From Octopus bimaculoides (lineage: Eukaryota): DNA of 64,000 nt. The DNA is taken from positions 80,545,335-80,609,334 of the forward strand of contig NC_068983.1 in assembly GCF_001194135.2 (NCBI RefSeq), read 5' to 3'. Position 1 is the stretch's first letter. The number at the start of each line of letters is the position of its first letter. A program made the position numbers and the translations under genes. Positions 61,815 through 64,000 of the stretch are shown here, piece after piece. Under the pieces are notes generated by a model. That model did no database searches, was not told where the DNA came from, and worked only from the letters and a program-made list of their open reading frames with translations.

Positions 61815-62025
61815 GTGTGTGTTTGTTATTTGTGTCTGTGTTTGTGCCCCCACCATCGCTTGACAACTGATGTTGGTGTGTTTATGCCCCCATCACAAAG
61901 CAGTTTGGCAAATGAGACTCATAGAATAAGTGCTATGCTTACAAAGAATAAGTTCTTGGGTTGATTTGTTCAACTAAAGGTGGTGCTCCAGCATGGCTGC
62001 AGTCAGAGGACTGAAATAAATAACA
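61815..62025 (+). mobile_element. SINE family A, 3' half
   Basis: GTGTCTGTGTTTGTGCCCCCACCATCGCTTGACAACTGATGTTGGTGTG...GGTGCTCCAGCATGGCTGCAGTC. Confidence 0.88.
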
Positions 62026-62129
62026 GAAAAGAAAAAAAAAGAATATATAAAATTCTTTAGCTTTTTAACCAGTTTAAGCTTGAAAGCTGTGGTCATGCTA
62101 GAGCACCACTGTTGGTTGTGCTACTCCAT

Positions 62130-62310
62130 TATTTGAAACCTCCAATAAGTGGCATTTGATGAATGAGGGAGCTTGATGCTGCTGCCCTCATTTATGTTTC
62201 CTGTCATGAGGTAGGCGCATCTAAAACCTTTGACAGGAGGAGATCCAAGTTTGTTTTGAAGACACTTATATCCACACAATTCAGGTCTCTCAAGCATTTT
62301 GGAAGAATTC
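62130..62310 (-). mobile_element. CR1-type LINE extreme 3' end
   Basis: Minus strand RILPKCLRDLNCVDISVFKTNLDLLLSKVLDAPTS*QET*MRAAASSSLIHQMP resembles the CR1 terminus (FNxLPxxLRxxxxxxxxxFKxxLDxFL...P). Confidence 0.65.
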
Positions 62311-63169
62311 TGAAGAATTTTGGTTGGTAGGGATATAGAACCCAAGTGGTTTGGTAGGGATAAAGAATCTGAGAGGGAAACAAGAGTTGCCTTCCCTTGT
62401 TTGAGGGGTCAACTGTACCTATGTGTGTTTTATCTGTTGTCTAGTCTGCAAACAGGGAAGACATTTCAAAAATTTTCTATCATGTTAGCAGCATCTAAAA
62501 CTTTTCTCTTTTTGGGTTCAAAAAGGCATCCAGAGCATGCAAATTTTTTGAAGATTATTTGAAGTAAGGTTTGCACCATCTGTTTCCATTGAGGTATGGT
62601 TCAGTTTGTACTCTTTTTTTGACTTATGGACAAATAGTTTATAATGTATATAAATATCCATCTATCGATCATACTTAATGTAAATACATTATTAAAAGGC
62701 AATTTACTGTGATATTCATCCAAAGATAACATCTTTTATGAACATGCTAAGTTTAAAAATACAATATATTTTGTAGGGACATGAAAGATCATCCCAACAG
62801 TTGCCAATGAAAATGACGAATACATTTCAGCCTAGGTGGGCCTTATCATACTCAGAACCATAGTTTTGAAAGCAAACTTAATTTCTTGTACCTACTCCTT
62901 AATTTATTTATTTATGTATTTACTTGTTTACAGATTTATTTCATTAAAAAAAAAATACATCTGTTTATTAGTTAAAATAAATCAGTAAGATAATTTAATC
63001 TCTTTAAAAACGTTAGCAATATGCTTTGGTGACTGTTTGATTAGAATGTGTTTCACTTATCATTCTAATCAAAATTATTGTTTATTATTTTTAATTCCCT
63101 TTATTATTTCTAATGTTCTTTCTTAGCTATTTGATGTTTTCCTTCTATTTACTGTTGTTCAAAGTTTTA

Positions 63170-63545
63170 TTAATAAGATATATGCATATATGTGTGTATG
63201 GGTGTGTGACTGTGTGCACATATATATATATACACACACATATATGTATATAAGTACGTATATCTGTATGCATGTATGTATATATGTATGTACACATATA
63301 TAATGTGCATGTATGTATGTATATATATACGTGTGTGTGTGTATGAATATATATATATATGAATATATATATTTAGATATGTATGTGTGTGTATATATAA
63401 ATATATATATGAATGTTTGTGTGCATATATATATATATGTGTGTACATATATGAATAAATATATATGTGTATGTGTGTGTATATATATGAGTATGTATGT
63501 ATGTGTGTATATAAATGTAGATATATATTTATGTTTCTATATTGT
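63170..63545. repeat. Degenerate (TA)/(TG)/(TATG) low-complexity block
   Basis: Seen directly. Similar blocks at ~7260-7550, 11900-12200, 31735-32015, 51510-51600, 53530-53840, 54140-54320, 59050-59230 and 63935-64000. Confidence 0.9.
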
Positions 63546-63955
63546 TTTCTATGTGTTTTTTTCCATATTTATTATACAATAATTTGCTTAAACTAAATAT
63601 CAGTACAGGTGAAGAACATTTTCATTTGAAAATAGTAATACTTTGCTCTTTGTCTGAGTTCATCTATAGACAAAACAAACACGACTAGAATAATTAAATA
63701 AAATTGCCTAATGACACTGCAAAGTGGTTGAATAGAAAATATAAAAAAATTAATAGATGAGTAGCTGAGAATGAATTTTTTAATTATGTCTTGAATTGCT
63801 TTTCATAAATTTTCTTGGTTTTATCTAAATTGTTCCCAATTTTGTCAATAATTAGTTTTAAAAGATAAGGTACAGTTTATCTTACTTAAATTATTAATTG
63901 CCTATGGAAGGCCAATAAATCTAATTAATAACATTACATATATATATATATATAT

Positions 63956-64000
<45 letters not shown>

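Noticed and set aside
1412-63582. Long ORFs rich in IY, HT, CV, LS, RE, PTYL or X in the supplied track
   Set aside because: They are translations of microsatellites or run through N-gaps; no coding signal.

Overview
This is eukaryotic, strongly AT-rich genomic DNA (roughly 70% AT by eye, not computed), most likely intronic or intergenic. It contains nine N-gaps, eight of them opening on a dinucleotide microsatellite. The SINE families match, from my recall of their consensus sequences, tRNA-derived SINEs of octopus, so the source is probably an Octopus draft scaffold (inference). I could not recognise any complete protein-coding gene, and there is no prokaryotic system, CRISPR array, rRNA or true tRNA. 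The window is a mosaic of: (i) many copies of at least three tRNA-derived SINE families, one of which carries a built-in internal microsatellite; (ii) decayed non-LTR retrotransposons of several clades (RTE types including BovB-like, CR1, CR1/L2, Dong/R4, Penelope-like, and one RNase H-bearing remnant); (iii) DNA transposons (an internally deleted DD34D mariner with both TIRs, hAT-type MITEs, a Helentron-associated HINE-like element); and (iv) dense microsatellites. Nearly all long ORFs in the supplied track are microsatellite or gap artefacts, or antisense frames of transposons. A few isolated segments have exon-like splice signals, but I cannot assign them to a protein. The structures least explained by known features are fold-back sequences: a mixed-polarity ~340-bp repeat array (10.45-11.66 kb), a near-perfect ~90-bp-arm hairpin (26.46-26.67 kb), a 179-bp element with 45-bp inverted repeats enclosing a degenerate hammerhead-like core (33.67-33.85 kb), and two head-to-head SINE pairs. 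I found no clear evidence of a new multi-gene system. Most repeat boundaries are approximate.
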